A stretch of DNA of 64,000 nucleotides from an uncultured Planctomycetota bacterium (GCA_963823665.1 CAWGMQ010000008.1:1024001-1088000), one strand, 5' to 3'; counted from the first letter of the stretch, positions 20,416 through 31,590 are shown. The notes: a model not told the origin generated them from the sequence alone. Numbers and translations are program-made.

Positions 20416-23400
20416 ATGAGGAAAGCCTCGCTCGCGATCAGGCGTTCCAGAACCCGCGTTCTTCGTGCCGGGCGGAACCGGCTCTCGCTGGAACGGCTCG
20501 AGGCTCGCGAGCTGCTCACCACGTACAGCGTGACCAACACGAACGACGACACGAATATGGGCTCGCTACGCTGGGCGATCACCCAGGTCGACAGTGACTC
20601 AAGCCCGGATATCATCAAGTTCAGTATTCCCGACACGGGAGTCCAGACCATCAAGCTGGGCTCGCCGCTGCCGCAGATCACCAATACCGTGTTCATCTAC
20701 GGCGAGTCGCAGCCGCTTTACGCCAGCTCACCGCTGATTGCGATCGATGCGTCAAGCCTTTCGGCGGCAGATGCGGTTCTCTGGGATACGGCTGCATCGA
20801 GCACGATAAACGGGCTCGCCATCGGCGGATGCCCCGGCACCGGGATCTTGCTGACCGGCGGCGGAGGGAGCCTGATCCAGGGCTGTTATGTCGGAACGAT
20901 CGATGGAACGGACCCCGACCCCGACGGGTCGGGCATCGACATCTTCGGGTCGAGCGGCAATACAATCGGCGGAGGCTTCGGCTCCTATTTCCCGAACGTC
21001 ATTTCGGGCAACACGAATCAGGGCATTGCCATCGGCGACGCGATCGAGACCGACAATAATGTGGTCGAAGGCAATGGCATCGGGGTGACTGCCGACGGGA
21101 GCACCGGGCTCGGCAACGGCGCGGGGGGGATCCTTCTGGATCATGCCTCCCACAGCACGATCAGCGGCAACGTGATCTCGGGCAACACCGGCGATGGCAT
21201 CCTGATTCAGCAGGTGAACGGAGCCTCGACTGCGAACCTGATCTCCAACAATCAGATCGGCACCGATTCAGGCGGGAGCACGGCCATCCCGAATACACTG
21301 AACGGAATTCATCTCAAGGGAGTGACCGGCACCACGATCAACGGGAATCTGCTCTCGGGCAACGGCGGCTCCGGCATCGTACTCGACGTGGGGACGACGG
21401 GCACGCTCATCCAGTCCAACACGATCGGCGCCGATGTGAAGGGTAAACAGCACCTGGCCAACACGATGAATGGGATCGATGCGGAGAGCTCGTCCGGAAT
21501 CACAATCGGCGGAGCTTCGAGCGGGCAGGGCAACCTGATTTCAGGGAACACGCAGAACGGCATCTATCTCGCGGCTGGGTTCACCGACCCGGACGATTCC
21601 GGAGTAGTGATCCAGGGCAACATCATCGGCCTCTCGGTGGATGGTACGGTGCCACTGGGGAACGGCGATAACGGCATCTGGCAGAATGGCTCCGACGGCA
21701 CAACGATCGGCGGGACGACCGCGCTGGAACGAAACATCATCTCGGGCAATTCGGCAGACGGCATTTCTCTGGGCACCGGTAATGATGCGCTCGTGGAGGG
21801 CAACTACATCGGCACCGATGCGACGGGGAAAGTGGCGCTGGGCAACGGCGTCGGCCTGGACTTCACGAATTCCTCGTATGCCACGATCGGGGGCACAGTC
21901 AAGGGCGCGGGCAACCTCATCTCGGGCAATAACGCAAGCGGTATTGATTGTTTCGTGATCGGCTCGACGGCAGAGCTCATCGAGGGCAACCTGGTCGGGG
22001 TGGATGTCACCGGGGTTGTCGCGCTGCCGAACAAGACGAGCGGCATCCGGATCGCCGGCCCGACGAACTGCACGATCGGGGGCACAATTGCCGCGGCAGC
22101 CAACGTGATCTCGGGCAATGGCGGCGACGGCGTGAACCTCGTTCCCAACGCGAGCAGCGGGTTGCTCATTCTGGGCAACTACATCGGAACCGACTCCGCC
22201 GCCGACAATCTCGGCAACCAGGGCGACGGCGTGGATATTGCCTCTGACAGCGTCACGATCGGCGGCACTACGATCGGGGCGGGCAACGTGATCGCCGACA
22301 ACGGGATCTCGGGGATCCTGATCGACGGCAACTTCGATCACAATGCCATCCTTACCAACTCGATCTACGGCAACGCCAACCTGGGGATCAACCTGGGCAA
22401 CGGCCCGACGCTCAACCATCCGGACGAACAAGGCTTCACGATTCCGGCCCCGAACGACTACCAGAACTATCCGGTCTTGACGTCGGCGTCTTCGACTGCA
22501 AGCTCGACCGAGATCGTGGGCACGCTCAACGCCGCGGCCAGTACCACCTATCTCATCCAGTTCTTCGCGAATTCGAGCGCAGACCCTTCGGGGTATGGAC
22601 AGGGCCAGCTCTATCTCGGCAGCGCGATGGTGAAGACCGGAGCCGACAACAACGCGAACATCGACGCGATGCTCGGCACCGTTGTCCCGAACGCGTGGCT
22701 CGTCTCGGCCACGGCGACGGACCCCCTGGGCAACACATCCGAGTTTTCATCGGACATCACGCCGACGCCTAGCGCCGACGTGGGAGTCACCATCAGCACG
22801 TCGCCCGCGACGACGGCGTATGCGGGCAGCCCATTGACGTACACAGTAACGGTCACGGACGCCGGGCCGGACAATGCCCAGGGCGTTACCGTGGTCGATA
22901 CCCTCCCGCAGAACATCGGCCCGAACGTGGCGGCGATCACGTCGGTCACCGGCGTGACGCCCACCATTTCCGGGAATACAGTGACCGCGATCTTCGGAGG
23001 GGTCATCAAGGACAACTCGCCCACGCTCACCATCACTGTCTACCCGACAATCGCGGCGGTACCGCAGATCACGGACCAGGCCACGGTTACGAGCCAGGGC
23101 TCCGACGACCTGAACCCGAATAACAACACCGCATCCGTGACCACACCTGTGGATCCCTCGGCCGACCTGTCGCTCTCACTCGGGGGCAGCGCGAACACGG
23201 TCAATGTCGGCGATACGCTCACGTATACGCTGACGGCGAACAACGCGGGGCCGTCGACCGCGGCCGATGTGGTTGTGACGGACGTACTACCGCTCAACAT
23301 CACATCAAATATAACGGCCGTTACATCGATTACGGGTGTGACGCCGACGATCGCGAGCGGCCAGGTGACGGCCGATCTGGGCTCGCTCGCCTCCGGTGCG

Positions 23401-26400
23401 ACCGCGACGGTAACGATCACCGTCGCGCCCGACGCGGCGGCGGTTCCTCAGATCGTGGACAGTGCCGACATTTCCAGCAGCACAGACGATCCGGACGAAT
23501 CCAACAACGCCCCCGACCCCGTGGTGACGACCGTCAAACCTGCTCCCGTGAGCAACCTCTCGCTCAGGATGACGGGCTCGCCCAACACGGTGAGCGCAGG
23601 CGCCAGTCTCACTTACACGATCAAAGCGACCAACAGCGGCGCTTCGACCGACCCGGACGCGGTCGTGACCGACACGCTGCCCGCGGACGTGACGTTCGTG
23701 TCGGCGACCGGCGGGGTGACGCCATCAGGCGGAGTGCTCACGCTGCCGATTGGCAGCCTGGCGTCGAACGTGACGACCACCCTCACGATCGTGGTGACCC
23801 CCACGGCGGCGGCCGCTTCGGGCAACGGCTCGATCACGAACAGCGCGGTCATCACCGGACAATACAACATCAACACCATGAACTCGGCGTCGGTGACGAC
23901 GACGGTCACGCCCGCGACCGCCATCGCGATTCAGGTAACGGCGATGCCCGCCACCGCGGGAGTCGGCCAGGATCTGACCTACACCGTGACGGCCACCAAC
24001 AACGGTCCATCGAACGCGACGAACGTGGTGCTAGCCGATACGCTGCCGTCGTTCATCGGAACAGACGTAACGGCCACGACTTCAGTCGCGGGTGTGAACG
24101 CGGTCGTGGCCGGCGGTCAGGTGACCGCGAGCTTTGGCGAGGTCGACGACAATGACTCGGTCACGATGACGATCACCGTCGTGCCCGCGCTCGCGGCGGC
24201 GGCTAACTCACCGCTGGTGGACACGGCGACTGTCACGAACAACGAGTTCAACCCGGATCCGAACACGGCGATGAGCTCGGTGCCCGTTAACCCTGTGAGC
24301 AACCTCTCGATCATGATGACGGGCCCGACAGCCTCGGTTGGCGTCGGCAGCAACGTGACCTACACGATTGTGGCAACCAACAGCGGCCCGTCGACCGACC
24401 CGGCCGCCGTGGTGACCGACACCCTGCCGGCCAACGTGACGTTCGTATCGGCCAGCGGCGGCGCAACGCCGTCCGGCGGTGTTCTGACCCTGCCGCTGGG
24501 CAGCCTGGCTGCGAACGCGACGACGACCCTGACCGTCGTCGTGACGCCCGACGCGGCGGCGGCCGGCTCGGGCACCGCTTCGATCACCAACAGCGCGGCC
24601 ATCAATTCGCCTTACAACACCAACCTCGAGAATTCGGCATCCGTGAATACGACCGTCACGGCGGTAACCGCAGTTGGCGTTCAGATCACAGCGACGACCG
24701 GACCGAATTATGTGGGGCAGGACCTCAAGTACACGATCACGGCCACGAACGAGGGACCGTCAAATGCCACCGGCGTGGTCGTGACCGACACGCTGCCGGC
24801 AGACATCAGCACGAATGTCACCGCGACGACTTCGGTGGCCGGCGTGAATGCCGACGTCGCTGGAAGCCAGGTTACGGCGAGCTTCGGCGATATTGACGCC
24901 GGTGATTCTGTCACTCTGACGATCACGGTCGTGCCCACGCTGGCTGCGGCCGCCGACTCGACGATCGACGACGATGCAAAGGTCGCGAACAACGAGTTCA
25001 ACTCGAGCCCGAATACGGCGTCGCTCTCGACGACGATCCTGCCGATCGTCTCCGTGGCGATCGCGCAATTCACCGCCGCGCCCGATCCGGTAGTTTACGG
25101 CAACAACCTCACGTATACGGCCGTGGTCACGAACAATGGGCCATCGAAGGCCACCGGAGTGGTGGTCACGATGCCGCTGCCGGAGTTCACCACATTCGTC
25201 AGCGGGAAATGGAACTGGCAGAGCGGCGCGCCGCTGTCGAATGGCGGTGTCAGTCTGGTCGATAACAAGGTGACTGCCGAGATTGGCGAGCTTGATTCGG
25301 GGGTGACTGCCGTGGTGACCGCCGTGGTCACGCCCAAGCAGGACGCGGTCGGTTCGCTGACTGCAAGCACCAGCGTTTCGGAGAACGAATCCAACTCAAC
25401 GGCGAGCGCGGCCACGGCGACGGTGACGACGACGGTCCAGGACCAGCCAGGGGACCTGCAGTTCACCGCACCTGCCTACACCGTGGACAACAATGCCGGA
25501 TACGCGACCATCACCATTCTGCGGTCGAGCGGGCTGGGCGGAGAGGTGTCCGCCATTTTCACGACGTTTTCGCTCTCGGCCGCCGCCGGCTCCGACTACA
25601 CGCCGGTCTCGGAGACCGTGGACTTCCCCGCGGGCGTGGCGGGGCAGACGGTTCGCGTGCCCGTTCTCGACAATCCGTACGATTCACACAATGAAACTGT
25701 CGGGCTCGAACTGACGAATCCCACAGGGGGCGCGATGCTGGGCGCGCCGACCAGTTCCGTCTTGACGATTCAGGTTCTTGACCCGAATCGGAACGATCCG
25801 ACGGTGGCCGCCGTTCAGTGGACCGGAACGGCACAATCGATCACGAGCCTCGTCATCAGCTTCAGCGAGCCGCTCATCGCGGCCGCCGCCATGAACCCGG
25901 CCAATTACCAGGTGGCCGGCGTGGGCAAGAAGGGCTCATTCAGCACGGCGCACGGCCAGAACGTGACGCTCGAAGCGCCCGTGTATAACGCGTCAAACTG
26001 GACGGTGACACTCGTTCCGACCCAGTCGCTTTCCGTGAATCAGTTTTACAGTCTGTTGATCAAGGGTACGCCGGGTGGGATTACCGATCTCGGCGGCAAC
26101 GAGCTGGCCGGCGCAGGGACCGGCCACCCAGGAACGAACTTCACGGCCCTGTTTGCGCAGGGGAAGAACCTGAAGTACACCGACGCGGGCGGAAACCAGG
26201 TGAGTTTTTCCGTCATGAAGGGGGGATACCTGGAGGACCTGCTGACCGGGTCAGGCCAGGGCCAACGGCTGGTGCTGGTGGGCGCAGTGCCGCACCACAC
26301 CGTGCTCGCCGGGACTGTCAAGCAGGGCAAACATGGCACCGGACGAGCCTATCTGGGTTACTCGCTTTATGGGCTGGGTCAATTCGGCAACGTCAAGGTG

Positions 26401-26643
26401 ACTCTCAAGAGCCCGCCGTTTCAGATCCAGCGATTTCCGTTCTCGCCCGGCCTGCCTCTCGGCCCGCCGGCGCCGGCGCTGGCACGATTGAGCGGCGCAC
26501 CGGTTGAAGCGCGCGGGCAGGCGCGAGCGAAGCGGGCGCCGACAGACGCCGCCGATGACGTGCTGCACCTCGCAGAACCAACCGTGGTAGTGCAATTTGG
26601 GGTGCGTCATCCCAAAAGCCGGCCATTTGCAATGCGAAGTTGA
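20416..26643 (+). CDS. Large surface protein: planctomycete LERLEARELL signal, parallel beta-helix region, 7 DUF11 repeats, Calx-beta and Ig-like domain
   Basis: LSLERLEARELL, GSLRWAI, repeated NVISGN/GNYIGTD, NTSEFS. Seven LTYTxxxTNxGP units, then QFTAPAYTV...DYTPVSETVDF (Calx-beta). Confidence 0.9.
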   Translation: MRKASLAIRRSRTRVLRAGRNRLSLERLEARELLTTYSVTNTNDDTNMGSLRWAITQVDSDSSPDIIKFSIPDTGVQTIKLGSPLPQITNTVFIYGESQPLYASSPLIAIDASSLSAADAVLWDTAASSTINGLAIGGCPGTGILLTGGGGSLIQGCYVGTIDGTDPDPDGSGIDIFGSSGNTIGGGFGSYFPNVISGNTNQGIAIGDAIETDNNVVEGNGIGVTADGSTGLGNGAGGILLDHASHSTISGNVISGNTGDGILIQQVNGASTANLISNNQIGTDSGGSTAIPNTLNGIHLKGVTGTTINGNLLSGNGGSGIVLDVGTTGTLIQSNTIGADVKGKQHLANTMNGIDAESSSGITIGGASSGQGNLISGNTQNGIYLAAGFTDPDDSGVVIQGNIIGLSVDGTVPLGNGDNGIWQNGSDGTTIGGTTALERNIISGNSADGISLGTGNDALVEGNYIGTDATGKVALGNGVGLDFTNSSYATIGGTVKGAGNLISGNNASGIDCFVIGSTAELIEGNLVGVDVTGVVALPNKTSGIRIAGPTNCTIGGTIAAAANVISGNGGDGVNLVPNASSGLLILGNYIGTDSAADNLGNQGDGVDIASDSVTIGGTTIGAGNVIADNGISGILIDGNFDHNAILTNSIYGNANLGINLGNGPTLNHPDEQGFTIPAPNDYQNYPVLTSASSTASSTEIVGTLNAAASTTYLIQFFANSSADPSGYGQGQLYLGSAMVKTGADNNANIDAMLGTVVPNAWLVSATATDPLGNTSEFSSDITPTPSADVGVTISTSPATTAYAGSPLTYTVTVTDAGPDNAQGVTVVDTLPQNIGPNVAAITSVTGVTPTISGNTVTAIFGGVIKDNSPTLTITVYPTIAAVPQITDQATVTSQGSDDLNPNNNTASVTTPVDPSADLSLSLGGSANTVNVGDTLTYTLTANNAGPSTAADVVVTDVLPLNITSNITAVTSITGVTPTIASGQVTADLGSLASGATATVTITVAPDAAAVPQIVDSADISSSTDDPDESNNAPDPVVTTVKPAPVSNLSLRMTGSPNTVSAGASLTYTIKATNSGASTDPDAVVTDTLPADVTFVSATGGVTPSGGVLTLPIGSLASNVTTTLTIVVTPTAAAASGNGSITNSAVITGQYNINTMNSASVTTTVTPATAIAIQVTAMPATAGVGQDLTYTVTATNNGPSNATNVVLADTLPSFIGTDVTATTSVAGVNAVVAGGQVTASFGEVDDNDSVTMTITVVPALAAAANSPLVDTATVTNNEFNPDPNTAMSSVPVNPVSNLSIMMTGPTASVGVGSNVTYTIVATNSGPSTDPAAVVTDTLPANVTFVSASGGATPSGGVLTLPLGSLAANATTTLTVVVTPDAAAAGSGTASITNSAAINSPYNTNLENSASVNTTVTAVTAVGVQITATTGPNYVGQDLKYTITATNEGPSNATGVVVTDTLPADISTNVTATTSVAGVNADVAGSQVTASFGDIDAGDSVTLTITVVPTLAAAADSTIDDDAKVANNEFNSSPNTASLSTTILPIVSVAIAQFTAAPDPVVYGNNLTYTAVVTNNGPSKATGVVVTMPLPEFTTFVSGKWNWQSGAPLSNGGVSLVDNKVTAEIGELDSGVTAVVTAVVTPKQDAVGSLTASTSVSENESNSTASAATATVTTTVQDQPGDLQFTAPAYTVDNNAGYATITILRSSGLGGEVSAIFTTFSLSAAAGSDYTPVSETVDFPAGVAGQTVRVPVLDNPYDSHNETVGLELTNPTGGAMLGAPTSSVLTIQVLDPNRNDPTVAAVQWTGTAQSITSLVISFSEPLIAAAAMNPANYQVAGVGKKGSFSTAHGQNVTLEAPVYNASNWTVTLVPTQSLSVNQFYSLLIKGTPGGITDLGGNELAGAGTGHPGTNFTALFAQGKNLKYTDAGGNQVSFSVMKGGYLEDLLTGSGQGQRLVLVGAVPHHTVLAGTVKQGKHGTGRAYLGYSLYGLGQFGNVKVTLKSPPFQIQRFPFSPGLPLGPPAPALARLSGAPVEARGQARAKRAPTDAADDVLHLAEPTVVVQFGVRHPKSRPFAMRS
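23548..25041 (+). repeat. Intragenic tandem duplication of a two-DUF11 unit, 747-bp period
   Basis: GTGAGCAACCTCTCG occurs at 23548 and 24295. The translated units (STDPDAVVTDTLPADVTFVSATGG vs STDPAAVVTDTLPANVTFVSASGG) are closely similar. Confidence 0.85.
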
Positions 26644-26656
26644 GCGCCCTAGGGCG

Positions 26657-26678
26657 AAACGGTTCCTGACACCTTTTT
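26657..26678 (-). repeat. Single copy of a short dispersed planctomycete repeat (AAAAAGGTGTCAGGAACCGTTT)
   Basis: Motif lies 13 nt after the surface protein stop. Recognised from memory of planctomycete intergenic repeats; only one copy in this window. Confidence 0.45.
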
Positions 26679-27019
26679 CGTCCGCGTGCGATGGGAAACA
26701 CCACGCAACGACCGCCAGCAGTTGCGCCAGGCGACGGGGGGCGCGTGAACCAGTTGGACGTGGTGCGGGCATCGAGGACCTCTTGATCGATTGAGCTGCG
26801 GGCGTGATGTCCTTCAGTCCGTTGCGCGTGGAATTGTACCAGGCGAGATCGCGCCTGGGCACGGTATCGTTTTGCTATCGCGGGCCAAAGGCGATATAAC
26901 AAGAGTCAGGCGAACGAGGGCAGCGGGAGGGACGGTCACGACACTTCGATCCGGCCCCGTTCTTGAACCACAGCCGTCAAGTTCCGCGCTTGCTCCAGAG
27001 CCGCGGCGGAGATTCCGTG

Positions 27020-29005
27020 ATGGTGAGAACGTACCATTGGTCTCTGCGATACGGGATCGCCGTGGCGGCCATCGTCTGGTCTACTGCTTCCCTGCTTCTT
27101 GTGCCCTTGATCGGCAGGAGCGGGGCGACCATACCATTCTTCGCCGTGCTGATCAGTACCTGGTTCGGCGGGCTCGGACCGGGCGTGTTCACGATTGCGA
27201 TGGGCGTCGTCATTTATGTGACCGTCCTGCTCAATCGCGGGAGCGGTTTTCCGCCGTGGCAGATTCTTCAGATTGCATTTTTCGTCGCAGGCGGGGCGAT
27301 GATCACGGCACTGGTCGAGGTGCTGCACGCAGCGCGGCGGCGGGCGGAGGCGAACGAGCGGTGGCTCTCGGCCGTGCTCTCAAGCATCGGCGATGCGGTG
27401 ATTGCCACCGACGGGCGAGGGCGCGTCTCGTTCACCAATCTCGTCGCCCAGTCCCTGACCGGGTGGGCCGAGGAGGAGGCGAGAGGCAAAGCTCTCCAGG
27501 AAGTGTTCGCCGTGGTCTCGGAGGATGACCGCCGGCCGGTCGAGTCTCCCGTCGCCCGGGTCATCCGCGAGGGCGTCGTCGTCGGCCTGGCAAATCACAC
27601 CTCCCTGATCGCTCGCGATGGGACCGAGCGACCAATCGCCGACAGCGCCGCGCCGATCAGGGATCACGAGGACAGGATCGCCGGGGTGGTCCTGGTGTTC
27701 CGGGATGTGACCGACAGGCGCCGTCACGAGCAGGAGCGGGAATGTCTGCTCGCCGCCGAACAGTTGGCACGCTCGGAAGCCGAGTCGGCCAACCGGGCCA
27801 AGGACCGCTTCCTCGCTGTGCTCAGCCACGAACTTCGAACCCCGCTCACTCCCGTCCTGTTCGCCGCATCATCGCTCCTCGAAGAGGATCGCCATTCCCT
27901 CGACCCGTGCGTGCGTTCGGTCCTGGAAATGGTCCAGCGGAACGTCGAGCTTGAAGCCCGGCTGATCGACGACCTTCTTGACGTGTCGCGGATCGCCCGC
28001 GGCGGGTTGGTCCTGGATTTGAAGACGGTTGATGTCCACCAGGCGATCCGCGACTGCGTGGAGATCTGCCGCGAAGAGACGTCGGCCGCGGGGCTCAACG
28101 TCCTACTTGATCTCACCGCGAGCGACCACCACGTCAAGGGAGACCGCGCGCGACTCTTCCAGGTCGTCTGGAACCTGGTGCGCAACGCGGCCCGCTTCAC
28201 CGCTGGGGCCGGTACGCTCTGGATCCGCACGAGCAACACTGCCGGCACCTGTGGCGAGCAAGGCCCTGGCTCGAGCGCGCTCGGCGCCGGGGTATCTCAT
28301 CGTCTTATCGTGGAGTTCGCCGACACTGGCATCGGTATCGATCCCGCGATGCACGACCGGGTCTTTGAGCCCTTTTATCAGGGCGACGCCGACGTACGCC
28401 GGCGTCCCGCGGGACTGGGGCTCGGGCTGGCGATCAGCCGGTCGATCGCCGAGGCACACGGCGGGCGGCTGGCGCTTGAGAGTTCCACTCCCGGACAAGG
28501 GTCGAGGTTCCGCGTTGAACTGGATACCGTGCCCGCCGACGCGACGACTCCATCTGAACCGATCAGGGCGCCGGCACGTCCGCCCGGCCGTCCGGGGCTG
28601 ACCATCCTGCTCGTCGAGGACAATCAGGAAACGCTGCGCTATCTCACGCTGATGCTCAGGAAGCGGAACTACAATGTCGTGCCGGCCGAGAGCCTTTCGG
28701 CCGCCCTCGCCGCCGCGGCGGAGTCCCAGTTCGACCTCCTGATCAGTGACATCGAGCTTCCCGACGGGAGCGGCCTCGAGTTGATACACGGTCTGGGCGA
28801 CGGCCGGAAAGTGCCCGCCATCGCCATGAGCGGATTCGGCTCTGAGGAGGACGTGCAACTGAGTGAGGGTGCGGGATTCGCCGAACACCTGACCAAGCCC
28901 ATCGACCTGAACCGCCTCGAGTCGGCCATCCGGCGGGTGACCTCACCGGTCGCGACGAGCTCCAGTCCGGGTGATTCGGTCTCGCTCGCGGGCTGTCCAA
29001 GCTGA
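27020..29005 (+). CDS. Hybrid sensor histidine kinase/response regulator (DUF4118-like TM, PAS, HisKA, HATPase, REC)
   Basis: SIGDAVIATD PAS, LSHELRTPL H-box, WNLVRNA, DTGIGI, GLGLGLAI, ILLVEDN, LLISDIELPD, KPID. Confidence 0.95.
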   Translation: MVRTYHWSLRYGIAVAAIVWSTASLLLVPLIGRSGATIPFFAVLISTWFGGLGPGVFTIAMGVVIYVTVLLNRGSGFPPWQILQIAFFVAGGAMITALVEVLHAARRRAEANERWLSAVLSSIGDAVIATDGRGRVSFTNLVAQSLTGWAEEEARGKALQEVFAVVSEDDRRPVESPVARVIREGVVVGLANHTSLIARDGTERPIADSAAPIRDHEDRIAGVVLVFRDVTDRRRHEQERECLLAAEQLARSEAESANRAKDRFLAVLSHELRTPLTPVLFAASSLLEEDRHSLDPCVRSVLEMVQRNVELEARLIDDLLDVSRIARGGLVLDLKTVDVHQAIRDCVEICREETSAAGLNVLLDLTASDHHVKGDRARLFQVVWNLVRNAARFTAGAGTLWIRTSNTAGTCGEQGPGSSALGAGVSHRLIVEFADTGIGIDPAMHDRVFEPFYQGDADVRRRPAGLGLGLAISRSIAEAHGGRLALESSTPGQGSRFRVELDTVPADATTPSEPIRAPARPPGRPGLTILLVEDNQETLRYLTLMLRKRNYNVVPAESLSAALAAAAESQFDLLISDIELPDGSGLELIHGLGDGRKVPAIAMSGFGSEEDVQLSEGAGFAEHLTKPIDLNRLESAIRRVTSPVATSSSPGDSVSLAGCPS

Positions 29006-29028
29006 GCGATTCGGTTCGCAACAACGCG

Positions 29029-29331
29029 ATGCTGTCGGGAAGCGTCGTGACGTTCCCAGGCTCGGGCGGAGATTTCAACTCCGGTTTCATAGCTCAGATC
29101 ATTGGCACGTTTAGCCCGGGAACTCCGCTCCAGTTCACGGATTCAACGACCGCGGAGTTTAACCCGGACGCCTTCACCATCGGTGTGTCCTTCGTACCGG
29201 AACCCTCGACATTCGGCATGGCGATCATCGGCGCGATCGGCGTGATCTCCCTACCGCCGACTACGGCGGAAGGCTGGAATCTGAAATGCGTGCCCGTGCA
29301 GACGCTTAGCGTGCAGGCCTCAATCGCGTAG
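29029..29331 (+). pseudogene. 3' fragment of a PEP-CTERM protein
   Basis: VPEPSTFGMAIIGAIGVISL is present, but there is no signal peptide and no terminal Arg cluster. Confidence 0.55.
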
Positions 29332-29607
29332 ATAAGGCGTGGCTGCTTCGGGCACCGGCATCTCCAGGAGATCGACGTAACACCAGGCCCAGCGCTCACC
29401 GGGCTCGAACGAGGCGATTATCGGGTGACCCGTCTTGTGAAAATGCTTGGTGGCATGCCGTCCGGGCGAGCTATCGCAACAGCCCACGTGGCCGCAACTC
29501 AGGCAGAGCCGCAGATGCGCCCAGGCCGAGCCCGTCTTGAGACACTCTTCACACCCCCCCGTGCGGGGAGGAGCCGGGTCGAGATCGATCGCATGCTTGC
29601 AGGGCAT
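29320..29607 (-). CDS. UBP-type zinc finger protein
   Basis: CEECLKTGSAWAHLRLCLSCGHVGCCDSSPGRHATKHF...SFEPGERWAWCYVD. Confidence 0.92.
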   Translation of the reverse strand: MPCKHAIDLDPAPPRTGGCEECLKTGSAWAHLRLCLSCGHVGCCDSSPGRHATKHFHKTGHPIIASFEPGERWAWCYVDLLEMPVPEAATPYLRD

Positions 29608-29665
29608 GATGGAACTCCCAGAATAGCGCGGCCGCGCGTAGCATGTTGTTTCGTCCGGAGCCGAT

Positions 29666-30727
29666 TCACATCTCCGATTCATCCTCGTTCGCGTGATACT
29701 CTTCCCAGACATCTCGAATCTTGAGGCCGGTCAGATCGAGCATGTGGCCGCACAGTTTTGTGTACGGCGGATCGGGCAGCCGTCGGCTGACGATGTGGTA
29801 CTTGCCGTTTTTCACGCCCTCGAGAACGAGAGTATCACCGTCTTCGACGAGCACGTCGGTTCTCTCGTCGGTCGGCATCGTCCAGAATGCGGCCTGCTCC
29901 ATGTCGCGATCCAGTTCGCTGAACTGCTCGGCGCTCAAAGCGATACTTTGGTGGATCGCGACCTGACCCCAGTCGTAGCCACCCTTGCCGTCGAGTACTT
30001 CTGCGCTGAGTTTTATCCCATCGCGCCACCGCTCGATCCGCACGCAAACGGGGTGGTGGAAGGTGGGCTCCCACAGCAATCGGTAGGCTATGGCTTCCGG
30101 ATGCTGTTGCAAGAGCTTCCGGAGCGAGGGCTCGGTCTTGAACGCCGAGTCCGAGAAACGCGGAGCCGCCGGCCGGACGAACTTGCTTGATATTGCAAAG
30201 GCTGTCGCCACGGCCAACCCCGCCAGGACTGTGAGCGACTTGACTGACACGAGCCGGCCGCGTCGTCTGCGGATCAGGATGGCGATCAAGCCACCGCATA
30301 TCGCGATGGCAAGCGTGACCAGCAGGTGGGCGATTCCGATGGTGTTGGTTGTGATCTTGTCAATGGCCCCGAAGTCATTTGTGTTCGTCCTCAAGTAGGG
30401 CACGAGGAGAAGGATGACACGGGAGGTTAGCAGATTTTGATTGAGTACGATGCCCATACCGTTGGGCTCGTCCTCGGTGAGGGTGGGCCAGGGCCCGAGC
30501 CCCAGGATGAAGAATCCCCATCCGAAGACGGCGAACCCGAACCAGAACGCCTTCTCGTTCCCACGGCGGAATCGGGCCGCGACCAATGCCGCCAGCAGCA
30601 AGACCGCGGTGAAGGTGTAGAGTGCACCGTACCAGAGGTCCGAGGCGGTTTTGAGCGCCGTGAACGCCATCGCACAGGCGACGACGATGAGCACCAGAGC
30701 CAGGACCGACACTTGGAGCGATTTCAT
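29666..30727 (-). CDS. Hypothetical membrane protein with C-terminal soluble domain
   Basis: Five hydrophobic segments (e.g. AFWFGFAVFGWG) followed by YRLLWEPTFHHPVCVRI...DGDTLVLEG. Confidence 0.75.
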   Translation of the reverse strand: MKSLQVSVLALVLIVVACAMAFTALKTASDLWYGALYTFTAVLLLAALVAARFRRGNEKAFWFGFAVFGWGFFILGLGPWPTLTEDEPNGMGIVLNQNLLTSRVILLLVPYLRTNTNDFGAIDKITTNTIGIAHLLVTLAIAICGGLIAILIRRRRGRLVSVKSLTVLAGLAVATAFAISSKFVRPAAPRFSDSAFKTEPSLRKLLQQHPEAIAYRLLWEPTFHHPVCVRIERWRDGIKLSAEVLDGKGGYDWGQVAIHQSIALSAEQFSELDRDMEQAAFWTMPTDERTDVLVEDGDTLVLEGVKNGKYHIVSRRLPDPPYTKLCGHMLDLTGLKIRDVWEEYHANEDESEM

Positions 30728-30828
30728 CGGAACCCTCGTTTGCGGGGCAGGAAGCCCTGGGAGCCATCCTATCGCGGGGCCGGGTTCGAATCGAGGGGAG
30801 TGGGTTCACTGATCAGGGATGCTCTTAC

Positions 30829-31320
30829 TCACTGTTTTTCGGGGAGAGTCTCCGGGTACGTGACTTGCTGCCACTGACCGTCGCGTTTGGCACAGACCGC
30901 GATGACAGACGCCGAGGGCGCGAGCGGTTTGCCTCGGAACGTGCCTGTCCGCAGCAGCCCGAATGAGACGGCCACCGCGTCTGCGCTGATGCGAACGGGC
31001 TTGACTCCTTGGAGCGCGGCATTCGCAAACTTGAGGTCCGTGAGTTTCTCAATTCGATCCGCCTGGGTCTCCGGCGCACCGTGATCTAGGACCGCGATCT
31101 GGTCGCCCGCCAGCGAGCGTGTGATGGTTTCCGCATCCGCCTTAACAAACGCCTGGCTGAGCATACTGGCGAGCTTCACGACCTCGGCGGCCGCATCGTC
31201 GGGTAGCGTCAGTCCGGCAGAAGGCACGTTGCTTGCTGGCAGCACCAGACCGACCACCATGAATGCGACTACTCTCTTGCCCGTCGAAAGCTCCTTCAAG
31301 GGACGGAAAGAGCCTGGCAA
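30829..31320 (-). CDS. NTF2-like/DUF4440 protein (start uncertain)
   Basis: QAFVKADAETI, DAVAVSF, GTFRGKPL, KRDGQWQQV. Confidence 0.7.
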   Translation of the reverse strand: MPGSFRPLKELSTGKRVVAFMVVGLVLPASNVPSAGLTLPDDAAAEVVKLASMLSQAFVKADAETITRSLAGDQIAVLDHGAPETQADRIEKLTDLKFANAALQGVKPVRISADAVAVSFGLLRTGTFRGKPLAPSASVIAVCAKRDGQWQQVTYPETLPEKQ

Positions 31321-31590
31321 TGGAAGTCACCCGGCAAGGCCATCGCGCCCGGAGATTCGACCGAGGGCAAGGCGTGAGCGGCCGCGAACAGGTAGCCGGG
31401 AACAAGACGTGCCTTGCGATCGCTCGTAATCGACTCAGCGGCGCTGCCATGGTCTGGTTCTACATGTCGCCAGCCCGACCGCGCGCCTTCGCGTGGGCCG
31501 CGCGCCGCGTGCTCGAGGATAACGGCGTCGATTCATGCCGGGATTGCTGGCGCTTGATCCGCGCGGTCCTGCGCGCACCTATGTACAACA

